From Azolla caroliniana (lineage: Eukaryota > Plantae > Polypodiophyta): a DNA stretch of 64,000 nucleotides. The notes beneath the pieces are model-generated. The model made no database searches, was not told the DNA's origin, and was given only the letters and a program-made list of their open reading frames with translations. The stretch covers positions 3,348,001-3,412,000 of the forward strand of contig JBHGNT010000015.1 of NCBI GenBank assembly GCA_043228905.1. The letters are read 5' to 3'. Position 1 is the first letter of the stretch; each line of letters opens with the position of its first letter. Shown here piece by piece: positions 1 to 12,435 of the stretch. Made by a program: the position numbers and the translations under genes.

Positions 1-417
1 AAAATGTAAGAGGACTTTTACAGAGATGGACAACCATGATACTGCATGCAACTATCATCCAGGACCTCCTCTCTTCCATGATAGATCACGGGGTGTAAGT
101 TGTCTCTTTTGTTCACTTTTTCTTTATGTGTTTAGATTCATCGTTATATGCCATACTTTTAATGAAGGAATGCATGAACATGCACATTCAGGTCAAAATA
201 TTCTTAATAAGAACATAATTAGGCATCCTGATTTCAAAAATGAAACAAATTTTGCTGAACTCAAATTTCTACGTGATTGTCTGAAATATATTTGCTCAAA
301 CTTACTGATAACTTTATTGGTGTGCAGTGGTCGTGTTGTAATGTGCACGTTCAGGAATTCAATGAGTTTCTGGAAATACCCCCTTGCACTAAAGGCTGGC
401 ACCAAGGAACTTTGTGA
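1..417 (+). CDS. RAR1: RAR1 (CHORD zinc-binding HSP90 co-chaperone), 3' end: exons <1..94 and 328..417
   Basis: Spliced translation KCKRTFTEMDNHDTACNYHPGPPLFHDRSRG|WSCCNVHVQEFNEFLEIPPCTKGWHQGTL* matches the CHORD-II C-terminus of plant RAR1. Phase-0 intron GTAAGT(95)..TGCAG(327); stop TGA at 415-417. Confidence 0.93.
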
Positions 418-1049
418 CATTATGGGATGTCTGAATAGCGATGCAGGGTACTGACCCTAGAATTGGATCTATATTGCTAGAAAACAGTGTATTTTCCTCT
501 GGAGCCTTGGAATGTGTCATTCTTTTAGAGCTACAGTTCATGATCAATGGAAGAAAGCACAAACCAAATCAGGATATTTTGACAAAGTCTTACTGTTTTT
601 CATCTCATGTTGTTTCTGTTTCAGATGATTTGTCAAGATAATGGTTGGTGTCAGCAGTTACTTTCAAAATCTTACAAGGGTTGTGGAATTGTTTTCCTTT
701 GATGCGTCTTACAACATACTGTATCATTACCCAAATAGGTCCCTGTTTTTTTAATACATCTTTCAAACACATGACTATTTTGTATAAATTTTTGTGGGTC
801 GTTATTTGTGAGAAAATTATATGGACCTATGTTAACTAATTGTTGTCAACTATATGTAGATGTTCAAGCTGGAGATCATGATCAATGTAGATTGTCCCAG
901 AGGTTCCCCTGAGGTCTCTTATCTAGTTACACTAGAGATGCTTGATAAATGGAAAGTAATTGTACATGTCATCGTGTGTCACTCAGATATTGCAACATAC
1001 CTTGAGCCTTCTAAACTATTCCTAATATGGATAGACTAGCATAGACATA

Positions 1050-2450
1050 TATTATGGTTTACAATGTGGTGTTTGAATCCTCATACCTAGAAAAAATTCC
1101 CATAATGGAGTCTTTACATCACGGTCCAATAACTCAATAGTTTAGTGTCTAGATTGGGCAATCAGCATGTAATGTCAATGATAACAAACAAACGGATACA
1201 GACAATTGGGAAATGTAAAGAGATTATTCAAAATAGAGGGCTCTTAAATGGTTTTGTAAGATTGCATAGACTTTACATAACCTTACCTTCTTGTATAGGG
1301 TTGTAAAACTATGGAATGAATTGTTCTTAGGTATTCACTAGAGTCTGGTTGGAGAACATAGACACAAGAAGGTTATGGACATGGTGGCAATTGAACTTGG
1401 GTTTATCATTGCAAGGAACTTTTCTATCTCTAGATCATTGATGCAAATGAAGTGTTACTCAAAATCACAAAGGAGCTTCCACAAGAAGTAAAGTACCTAT
1501 GGATTTACTAATGAAATTTGACTCAAAATGTGAAGAACAGTACATCATGTGAGAAACTACTTCTAGGTTTCAATATATTAATGGTTGAGGGTCTGAGATC
1601 TCTTTCTTAATTTCATGGATGGTGTGCAACGTCATTCTTAATTGGTGGACTAATTTGTCTAGTTAACTTTGTTAACAAATGAAAACTCAACTTGATAACT
1701 AGTGACATGAGAAATTCCTCTTTTGCCAACTTAAGAGCGACTTGGGATGTCTCAACCATGGAAGTTTGAGGCAAGAGAAGGTTTGTGATGCCCTTAGATG
1801 TTCTTGGTCACATTCACACCACACTAATGATTTAAATGAGTTTACAACCTATACAGATAAGTTCAAGTAGTCTTTGAACTTTCATCATATGATGGTGATA
1901 GATCATTGCAACTATTTGTCTTAAACAAGAAAATCCTAGCCAACAGAAATGTTGGAAAACCCAAAATCTGAGGGAAAACCAACAGATACAGACATGCTTT
2001 ACTTGATCATCATGCTTGACAAAAATAGTGCATGACAATTTTACAATGTGAAAGACATTTTGATGCGTTTCAAAACTCACCTTGCTTGCTGGCATTGACA
2101 TCAATGTAGTACTTAAAAGTCAAGACTCCTGACCGAAGAGCATCAAACTTACATTGACATTGTTATCATGAAAGAACTTACTAATGGAACTTTATGTATT
2201 AGTTTTGAGCAAGGTAAATGCCTTGTTGATATCTCTACTTCTTCAAAACCTCAGTACAATAAAGCTGAACATTTTTAGATACTTGATATATAAGAAGATT
2301 TTTAACTTCGCACACTCAATATATCAGTTACAGGCCTTTTGACATACCCATCGTAAGCTGCAACACATGATATTTTACGATCAATAATTCATTGCCAAGT
2401 CAAAATCTACTTTCAATTGTTTTGCTTTTTGTGAATTGAGCATAATGATG
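1050..2450 (-). mobile_element. Highly degenerate LTR-retrotransposon pol remnant
   Basis: Broken minus-strand peptides resemble a Gypsy RNase H/integrase C-terminus (e.g. FVIIDIT, LHFP). No intact ORF; boundaries approximate. Confidence 0.3.
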
Positions 2451-3036
2451 TTGAATGTAGGTTGTAACTATTGGTATTTCCGGTAGGAATACTCAAAAAC
2501 CATCAAACTTCATAATGGTTTTAAGTAGGTTCGATTATGATTTCTTTTATAACCACAGTATTTATTTGCTTGAAATATTGAGTAGCTTGATAATAAAAAA
2601 ATGCCTTTTGCATTTGAATCCAGTATGGTCAAGAGTAGGGTAAATGTATTTTCTTTATCAAAACCATAATTACTGATTACTCCATGTCATTTATTAACAG
2701 AAGACAACTATTGATTAGAGAAGGAGGACAGCAAGCCTGATGTGCAAAACCAGTAGTAGAAAAGGTTCCTTCATAATATCTTGTCTCTTTCACAATGGCT
2801 AACTCCTTTCATTATTGGTAAGATTCCACAATACAATTGTGTATGTTGGAGTGTGAGATCAAAGTTCAAGATCTCATCCACATATGTGACCAAACATGCT
2901 AACTTCACATAACCTCAACTAGGATATACATATCCATGGATATATACAGGGGGTGTTATTTTCAAGTTGATATAAATATGAATATCAATGTCAAGTGTCA
3001 TTCACAAATTTTAATACAAATAAATTGAAAAAAGCC

Positions 3037-6000
3037 TTAAACCGGATGTAGCTGGCTTTGATTGGCTGAGACACATGGCTGCAATCTTTTCACATGAACT
3101 GTCTTGTAAGTGTAAGACAATGCCAATGCGACAAACACACCGAAGTTTAAAGCAGACAAAGCTGCAAGAAGATAGTAATAGTAGTCGAGGCGACATCTAT
3201 TAAGATTACTCACAATCCAACTGCTATTTCCTCCAGCACTTGTAATAACCTCAACAAGACTTATAACAGCACTGCTTAGGTAGCTCCCCGCGCCATAACC
3301 ACAGAGATACAAAGCCATCCCTGTACTTCTCATATTGTCTGGAACCTGATCATAGAAGAACTCTTGCTGTCCAACTAGAGCAAAGACATCTGATATACCA
3401 AAGAGTATGTACTGTGGGACCAGCCAAAACACACTCATTGGAATTGTTGTGCTTGGATCATCCAGCAATCCGTAATCTTCAGCAACATCAAGACGTCTTC
3501 TTTCAACAAGGGCTGCGATTATCATTGTGAAAACAGATAACAGTAAGCCAATCCCTAGTCTTTGAAGTAGTGTCAAACCACGTCCACTGCTTGTGCACCA
3601 TCTACTCAATGGAACGATTATCCATTCGTAGATCGGAAGCATAACAAGTACTGCAAGAGACGAGAACGCAAGCACTGATGCAGATGGAATGGTGAAGAAG
3701 GAACCCACTGCTCTGTCCAGTGTTGAAGCTTGCTGAACAAAAAAGGTAAGTGTTTGTGAAAGAACAAGGCCATAAACAATGGTCGTTAGCCATAGTGGAA
3801 GAATTCGGATGATTAATTTCACTTCTTCAACCTGTGTGACAGTACAAAGTCTCCAAGGATTCCTGTTATCTGTCAAGGATTTGAGACCACACTCTAATAA
3901 GGGATCTCCTTCGGGAGTTGCCGCTTTATCAAGGCATCTGTACAGTGTAGACACCTTTATAAGTCAAAACCACAAGGTTGAACATAGAAAATCAAACCCA
4001 AACAAAAAGAGAAACGACTAGAAAAGTGGGCGAGGGGAGTAATAAATGATGATTAGAGCAAAAATCTATGGATGCAATCTTCACTTTGGAGTGGCAGTAC
4101 ACATACCCTAGACCATAGCCATTTCCCTACTCAGGTCATAAATGTCAAAAGTGTAGGTATAGAATTCATGGAAACCTTCTTGCGCTATAATCATAAGAAC
4201 CATCTGATCGAAGCTTACCTATCAGAAGAAGTCATCCTCATAGGGAGAGGATGCTGCATTACCCTCATGAAAGAAATCTTCCTCGTACACATCAGCCAAC
4301 CAGAAAAAAATGTCTACGATACCCTCTTTAACAAGACAAGGTATACTCCAATGCAATGTTGTTATTGTCAGCATAATACCAAGCATACAAGCTAATCAGA
4401 ATATGGTATATTTGTGTGAGAAAGCACTGCTCTGTTCAACACATTAAGATATCATTACAGAATCACTGCTCTAAACACCAAAAAATCTGGATAATTTTAA
4501 AACTTCAAGCACCCAAGATATGTTGTGATTAGAGTTGGAATCGGCTGGCCACGTATGCTACCAATGGTCACTCAGGAATGTGATTCAATCGACAGACAGA
4601 CAAATACAGAATGTAAAACAGAGACACACAATATTTTACGTGGAAAACCCTAAAACGAGAAAAACCACGGGGCCTTTAGGGCACTAAAACTTCCACTATG
4701 ACAGAGTGTATACAGATGGTTACAGACTCCTTAGATCACTAAGGGAATATCATAAATCTCAAGGCCACAACCTTGATACAGACTTCGTCCCACTGAGTGG
4801 ATGGAACACATACATACCGTAATCCTTTTGTGTGTGCAAGCGGTCTTCTCCCCTCAGTTGATTTTTCGTCATAACACTCATACAAAATCATGTCATCCTC
4901 TGGTACCAAAACATTCCACTTGTACGCAGCTGCCACAAATACTTGAATAACACCAAGTAAAGGACTCCCACCCGACAGATGATTTCTGTATAATGGAGTT
5001 CCAGCAAGGAAAAGGGAACATGATATTGCAATCAAAATAGCCAATAATCCATAGCCAAGCCCATAGCTAGCATTATCCTCGATATACACAAGTACTGTAA
5101 ATGCCAAAAATGCACCCATGCAAAGGCCGAAGTACCACCAGTTAAAAAATGAACTTTTCATCTTATTTTCAACCGGGTCTTCTTCATCAAATTGATCTGC
5201 ACCAAATGCTTCAAGGCAGGGTTTCACACCCCCTGTACCGATTGCAATCAAGTAAAGAGAAACAAAAAGGAAAACCAACTGTATTGTTGTTGCTTCAGGA
5301 CAGCTTTCATCACTAGCACATGCAGCAGGTTTCAGCGAACTTACAGATGCTGAGAGAGTCAAAAGAATCATACCCTGGAATTCAACAGCACTCGAAGGGC
5401 GTGATAAATATTAAATTTAGTACCCTTAAATGCTTCAAAAATCTCAATTAATTAATGAGGGAAAGTTAGCATGCTCCAAAAATGATAATTAATTCAGTGC
5501 AGAGCATTACAAAGACTCATAAGGAAATTTTGATAAGAAATACAGCAACTGTATCTACTGCAGACCTATCTCTACTTACAAGGACATAAAATATTGACAA
5601 ATATACAATAGTCCAATATTTTCCCCAGTATGTATCTGCAATGAAGGCTCCAAATATAGGCAAGACTGTTGTAGCGCCAACCCAATTATTGACATGTTGG
5701 GATGCTGACGCAGCCCCAAAATGCAGACTATTCTTCATGTATAGCACAAGATTTGCAGTGATGCCATAGTATGCAACCCTTTCCATCAACTCATACACTA
5801 TTTCACCATAAACAAAGCAAAAGCATTTCAATACTAGATTGAAAGATAATTTAATAAAAAAAGTTCCCAATAAAAAGGTACTTATGAATGGGATCTATTA
5901 TGTGCATTTGTTACCAATATCAGGTTAACAAAGCCAAGCGGATTAAAACCGCTGACCTTTTACATCCCTTGCACATTCCTAATAATAATAAATAGAAAAG

Positions 6001-8983
6001 TATATCCATAGACTATCCTCAAATTGGTGGATAACCAAAATGGGTAAATCAAATTATTGAGGACATGCTTTGAGTATCTGTTGCTACGAAGCCCACAAAA
6101 TAGGAGTTATCTCCCAAATTTAGAGTTTGCTTATAATAGCTCTAAGCATACACTGATGGGATATAGTCCTTTTATGTTGATGTATAGATTTTAGCCATGA
6201 GCCTCATCACTATTAATATATATTGTGATGAGTTGATAATTACACAAATCTTTCTAAGGGATATACAAGATATGATGCATATTGCACGAGATAATATAAA
6301 AAAGGCTCAAGATAGAGCAAATTTTTATACCGACCATAATAGGCAACCTCATGTATTTAAACTTGGACCCAAGATATTTCTATATGTGGCTCACAATTCT
6401 AAGACATTGTTTACAAATATAGGCGCTAAATTAATTCTACGGTTTTGTGAACCTTTCACATTCCTCAAACACATTGGTTCATTGGCCTATCACCTTGCTC
6501 TTCCTGATGGTGTTGAAATCCATTTGTTTTTTCATGTAAGTATTTTGAAAGAACTCTTATAACTGAAACTCTAATTACTTCTAAGGATTTAGCTTCTAAA
6601 CCACATGTATCAGAAAGAATTCTCGATGTTAAAACAAAATATTGACCCCAAAACAACCTTAAAATTAAAAGTTAAATGGATGTGTACGACTATTATTAAA
6701 GGTGCTACATGGCAACACACAAACACCATTACAACTAGCTTCCCTGGTTTTACACGCAAGAATGCAATGTCTTAAAGAGGAAGAGTATGTTACGGGCATA
6801 GCCATAACTTATCCCGCAGTAGTTTTTACCGTAATTTTCTACACACGAGGATAATTGTGTGAGGGTTACTTGAGAATGCAAAGATGGGGGGATTATTTTT
6901 AATCCTAGGGATTACACCAATCTTTAAGGGCCAAATATGACCTTGCTTGTGGCATTGGGTCTTGCTATAAATTTGAGGCGTAGCTAAACTCGTAAAGGGG
7001 AGAGTCGATTACATTAAGACCATAATCTTGTGGTGAGTGCACTAGTGCCATGTATGACTCAACACCCATACGTGGTGGTATTGGAAGCCATTTAGGGCTC
7101 GGGTTTGTTTCAATTCCTTTGCTTGGGGGTGGTCAAGTGGATCAACACCCTTCTTTCTCTCTATCTCTTTATTTCTTATCTATTTCCTTATTTTCATGTT
7201 GATATTAGATATATCTGTGGCAACATCTAATCTAATCAATCTATGTCCACCAACATGGAACCATCTAAATTTATGGCCCCCTAAAACCTATTGTGTACTC
7301 TGGCCAATTCCACACAACTCTGGATTTGGCTTAGTAAATCATTCAATTGAAATGGTGTTGAGTACTACCTTGTGAAAAGTTTAAATATACTCTCCATGGA
7401 ACTTTCCTACCTTTAGGTACTTTCTATACATGTTGGAACACTGACAAACGTATTGTACAAAATTCAAACCCCCAAACCAAATGTTCATATGAACAAAACA
7501 AGACGTTACATTGATGTACAAAGAGATTAAATTCTTCTTATTTATAATGTGCACGTGTACATTCACAAACCAGGCCCCATGAGATGCACAATATTAACTA
7601 AATGAACAAAAAAACTACTCTCTTGATTAGTTGACATACTCACGATTTCTCATTAGAGCACAACAAAAACTTTGCCTCATACCTTGTGAAGTGCAGCATT
7701 GCCAAGTCTAGCGGATTAATTTTCACATTAACCCATGAATTTTGAGGAGGATTACAAAACTGCCTACTCTAGGGTAATTTACATCTACAAAGTGAGAGAA
7801 ATAGTTAATAAAATTTTGGATATTTGATCACTGCAGTTACTCTCTTTACCATGTTTCTTCCATTATTGACACAACACAAAACAATCGAGTAGTTCATATG
7901 GGAAACTACATAGCATTTATGCCAAGGATAAAGGTTGAATTTTTTCATGTCATGTCCAATGCATTTCTCTACTTATTCAGTCTCTAAAAGGAAATGCCAT
8001 CTACACAGACCTAGGCTTGCATGAAATGGTTCCTTGATACAGTCAGCAAACGGCCCTTATTATACACTATTATCATCCATTTGTGATAGCCGAAACATAA
8101 ATTTTCAAAATTATGCTACTGAAATTGTCATTGCTCATTTTCTTCTTTCATATGAGGTACTGTACTACATCATACTTGGAGGTGGCGAGGAAATCAACAT
8201 AAAAAGTACGCCTGTTCAAATTCTTCTTTCTGTTCATGACATTCTCATTATCTCTGAACCTTGTGCATGTCTACAACATCATTTTAAGACCTTGAAGGTT
8301 TTTTCTGTGAGAATGGTCCCAGAGTAACCCTAGGAAAGACAAAGGCCATGATCTTCCACACACTCATGCAAACTCACTGACAAAGCTGTCTTCGCCCTAA
8401 CAGGAGGGCAATATGAAATAGTCTATTCCTATGTATATCTAGGTGCCACATTTACAAACATGATTGAGCACTTCTCTATGTCTGAAGCCGCCAAGAATTG
8501 ACTCGCTTGAGGATATGCAGGTCTAGCCATGCTAGGATAACGGTGCCACCAGGCACACTTCCAAGACCCCTGCACCAACATATGGTTATTCAACACCACA
8601 GTCACCCCCGCTCTCATGTATGGTGCAACCATATGGCCTTCAGGCTATGGATGACATGAATTCACCCATATTTGTGATGATAATTTGACCCATAGGCCAA
8701 ATTTGGCCTATAGTAATACATCTTCCTTTCTTTTTCTCCATGGTACATTTCTTCTAATGTCGGGGTTTAATCCAATAAAAAGTTGAATTAATTTTATTGC
8801 TCTAAGTAATTAGATCATACCGTGGAATGTAGGAGGTTGAACGTACGACCTTCTCGGCTCCATTAGTCAACTTTACCAAGCGAGCTACATCATGTCTTCT
8901 CTCAAAACATTGCATCTACGGATTCTTCTCTCTGTCTCTCTCAAATTTTGGCCTTAGAAGACGTTAATATTTCTTTCTTTCTT

Positions 8984-9032
<49 letters not shown>

Positions 9033-9374
9033 AATTTCATGAAGAAGAATCCATCTTTCTATCTCAAGAACTATCAAACAAGCTGTAGAAGAAAGAGAAG
9101 GGTTGATAAATATAGTAATCCAAATCTTACCTATAATGAAAGCACAGGCTCGCCAGCTACCGGCAGCAATATGATCTGCCCGACTAGTTACACCATAGAG
9201 GATCAAAGGAGAAGAAGAAGAAGAAGAGCGAGGCAATGGCGATGGCGATGGTGATGGCGTTGCTTCTGGCATGGTATTGGGAACATATTGCAGGAGAGGT
9301 CTGCTCATATCATCATGGTGATCATCAGCATTGTCACATGCATCAGATCGTTTGGCACGATGGTCAGTGGCCAT
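3037..9374 (-). CDS. NPF: NRT1/PTR family (NPF) proton-coupled transporter, 639 aa; exons 9374-9131, 5797-5580, 5374-4818, 3937-3037
   Basis: GT-AG introns with consistent phases (244+218+557+901=1920 nt). Motifs ELMERVAYYG (ExxER), GAFIADTYWG, GGVKPCLEAFGADQFD, SSFFNWWYF, CTVTQVEEVK, LQRLGIGL, EFFYDQVP, RLDYYYYLL. Subfamily (NPF5/NPF8-like) not resolved. Confidence 0.96.
4590..4740 (-). mobile_element. Copia-type LTR fragment in NPF intron 3
   Basis: TTTACGTGGAAAACCC..AAAACCACGG is the reverse complement of the U5 motif in the LTR at 26824-26861. Termini and TSD not identified. Confidence 0.5.
6000..7255 (+). mobile_element. Truncated Gypsy (chromovirus-like) element: integrase end, PPT and 3' LTR (6788-~7255) in NPF intron 1
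   Basis: Degenerate VNQIIEDML..LEFAYNSSKH..GYSPFMLMY..HLFFHVS. Purine tract AAAGAGGAAGAG followed by TGTTACGGGCAT; probable end CCAACA. Related LTR at 36436. Confidence 0.75.
8326..8640 (+). mobile_element. Non-LTR (RTE/RTEX-like) LINE reverse-transcriptase C-terminal fragment
   Basis: LGKTKAMIF..YSYVYLGATF..WLFNTTVTPALMYGATIW, with stop codons. Confidence 0.7.
8823..8891 (-). mobile_element. tRNA-derived SINE-like head
   Basis: Minus strand GATGTAGCTCGCTTGGTAAAG..AAGGTCGTACGTTCAACCTCC has degenerate A and B boxes at tRNA spacing. Confidence 0.4.
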
Positions 9375-9427
9375 TTGGGGGGAGAGTAAAGGAATTCAAT
9401 GGGAGCTTAATGGTAAGAGGGATCCAT

Positions 9428-10015
9428 GGGGGTGGGGGGGGGGGGGGGGGGGGGGAAGAAGAAGAAGAAGAAGAAGAAGGGAAGGAAGCAGCCCTGCCTT
9501 CCTCTGTTTCTTCCTCTGTTTTCCCCTGCTTCTTCTTCTTCCTTCTTCTTCCTTCTTCTTCTTCTGCTTCCTATATTACATAAGACTTCTTCTTCTTCTT
9601 CTTCTTCTTCTTGTGCTTCCCATACATATTACATAAGAATATACATACATACATACATACATACATATGTATGTATGTATAGTAGAATCTAAGTTTAATG
9701 TTCTGATCTTGGCTTTGGGCTTTGGCTTTGGTTTTGGCCTGGGCCTGGGCTTGATTCATGTCTTTCTTTCTGGACAAAGACACACTCTGGCCCTGCGAGA
9801 AAAGAGACCCTCAAGACAGAGGGCCCTCGTCTTTACCCTCTCTCACCTAACAATACAATGTTGACGCACAACACACTCGTGAGACACATGCTTCTGTGTC
9901 CTTGTCGATGTTTTGCATCCATCACTTTGCGCATTCCATTGTTCACATTTTCAAATGCTTCTATGTGTGTGTGTGTGTGTGTGTGCATATATGGATTTGA
10001 TTACCAACTATCCAC

Positions 10016-10055
<40 letters not shown>

Positions 10056-10168
10056 AAAGAATTGGTTGTTCGGCGTGCCCCACTACAAACCCCATGCGAC
10101 AGCGACACCAATCAATTGTGGGTACCATTGCAATGTTCCTTTTGCATACATTTTATTGATATAATTGT

Positions 10169-10215
<47 letters not shown>

Positions 10216-10349
10216 TCTTAAAGAATTAACCATCCAACATGTCCCACTACAAATCCCATATAGCCCTAATAGTGGACACCACTAAGTTGTGGGTACCATT
10301 GGGGTGTTCATTTCACATATATTTTATTTATATAATTGTGTGTTTTCAA

Positions 10350-10390
<41 letters not shown>
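9428..10390. repeat. Microsatellite-rich NPF 5'UTR/promoter: G22 run, (GAA)n, (CTT)n, (TACA)n, (TG)n, (GA)n
   Basis: Directly visible. Includes a diverged duplication (CCCACTACAAA..TGTGGGTACCATTG) at ~10078 and ~10243. Confidence 0.9.
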
Positions 10391-10394
<4 letters not shown>

Positions 10395-10545
10395 CGAAAG
10401 AAAAAGAGATTTAAAGAAAGTGAGCGTAAGTGAGTGAGATGGACATGACACTTTATCCACTAGTGTCGGGTTTCTTCCATTCAATGAAAAAGTACCATTC
10501 TTTAACATAGTCAATGATGGGCTTTTAATACATCCATTGGCCCAA

Positions 10546-10705
10546 AGGAGTGTGTAGTTGGCTTATTATCTCAATGCATACATACATATATGAATCTTGT
10601 TAGAAATATTATATGCTAATTCGTGAGGAGTGTGTAGTTGGCTTATTATCTCAATGCATACATACATATATGAATCTTGTTAGAAATATTATATGCTAAT
10701 TCGTG
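10546..10705. repeat. Perfect 80-bp tandem duplication
   Basis: 10546-10625 is identical to 10626-10705. Confidence 0.95.
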
Positions 10706-11275
10706 GCTCCATCTATATGCCGAATTGGTCACGAACATCAAGCATGACGAGTTGTTAGTTTCACCTTTGATTATGATTTTAAAAAATAAAAGTGTTTAAT
10801 CATGATTGTTTTTTAAATTGTGTATCTAGTATCTTTACAGATAACCTCAAAGATACTGTAGTGGGGGACATGTCCGTGGACCGTACTTTTAGAGGAAGCT
10901 TGGCAGATGGCATCTAAAAAAAATACAGATTTTGAAAGAGTTAACTAACTTGAATGAGAAAACTTCTACCCATCAACATAGGTAAGGGTGAAATACATTT
11001 ATCGTCCGTAGACAAGTAACTTTGTGAAGTGTCCATGCAAAACAAAATACAACATATGCCATATGTGTAAATTTTCAATGATTGTAATATACAATGTGCG
11101 TTCCTAGTGGGTAGCAATTAATAAGGGTAACTCTCATGATTTAGAAATAAATTGTATAGAAATATATGCGATTTATTTTTCCTTCTTTTGTGATTCCTAA
11201 CAGGCGTTGAGCTACTTATTTACTACTATGAGATTTGTTTTTATCTATGTTGTAAGTGAATAAAGTACCTTGTAC

Positions 11276-11419
11276 TAGTGAAAACATCGTAAAACCTTGA
11301 TATTCCTGATTTAGTTTCCCATTTGGGTACTGGAATTATTATTTTGCAGTAGTGAAAACATCGTAAAACCTTGATATTCTTGATTTAGTTTCCTATTTGG
11401 GTACTGGAATTATTATTTT
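11276..11419. repeat. 74-bp tandem duplication
   Basis: TAGTGAAAACATCG..GGAATTATTATTTT occurs twice, with about 2 mismatches. Confidence 0.9.
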
Positions 11420-12435
11420 ACCTTTTGAAGCTTGATGCTCATTGATGTTTCAACACCTCTCACAAACTAATAATGGGTAACTCTTTAACCATTGTTCATC
11501 ACTCTCCTCTTAATAGTTTTCTACACTCTACAAACAATGAGCTGCGTTGTTATTATCATATCAATAAGTCAATCCAAGTTTCTAAAGCAAGTAATTCTAC
11601 ACAACCCAAGTTTTTGGCTTGCCCAAATTGTGCCAAGTTGGTTTTTGGGAATACATTAAAAAAAGGCAACCAAAATTAGTTTGTTTAATTACGGTCTAAA
11701 AGTTGCTTAATATTTGCTTAAATAATAGAGTAGTTACAGTAAAACTAACTCATGTTGTTAGTACTTAGCACCCCCATGTTAGTTGCAACCCTCGTATGTA
11801 AAAGTATATCGGTCAACATAAAATTGAATAATGCCACTTATTTCTTGTCATGTGTTACTCAATAATAATGAAATCGTGTTTTAGTCATTCATCGAGGAAA
11901 AAGCAACATAGGGTTGTCTTTTTGGTTTTGAAAACCAAAGTAATGATGGTGGTCTTTTCTTTTGGGAAAAGTAAAGCCATGTTGGATTCTTGGTTCGTTT
12001 AGGAAAAGCAAAGAAAAGTTGGGCCAAGTAATAATGCAAAAGTAGTGGAGGGTGTTTGTATTTGTTTGTTAAAAACATTGTCTTAGTTACACGTCAATAG
12101 CTTCCTCTCTCTTTGATTGATTTGTTGCACATGACGTATTGGTTTGTTTGACATAGGTGCCTAGAGATTCAAGGCTCGAAATATCGTGTGGTAACTTTGA
12201 AGAAGAACAGGAAGGCTATAAGATTTTGGTTACTCATTATTAAGACAATTATGGTTTAGAATGGAACTTCTTTTGAAATTCAAAGTAGTTGAGTTTGAGA
12301 ATGATGTTTAAGGCTTGAAATATTGTCAGGAAGGTTATAAGATTTTGATTACTCATTGTTAATACATATATAGTTTAGAGTCAAACTTCTTGTGAAATCC
12401 AAAATAGTTGAGTATGAAAATGATGTTTAGAATCA

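Noticed and set aside
26-454. 142-aa ORF as a gene
   Set aside because: It is RAR1 exon read-through into the intron; the real last exon is in another frame.
9039-10514. Many short ORFs with poly-G/E/K/S/RE tracts
   Set aside because: Translations of microsatellites.
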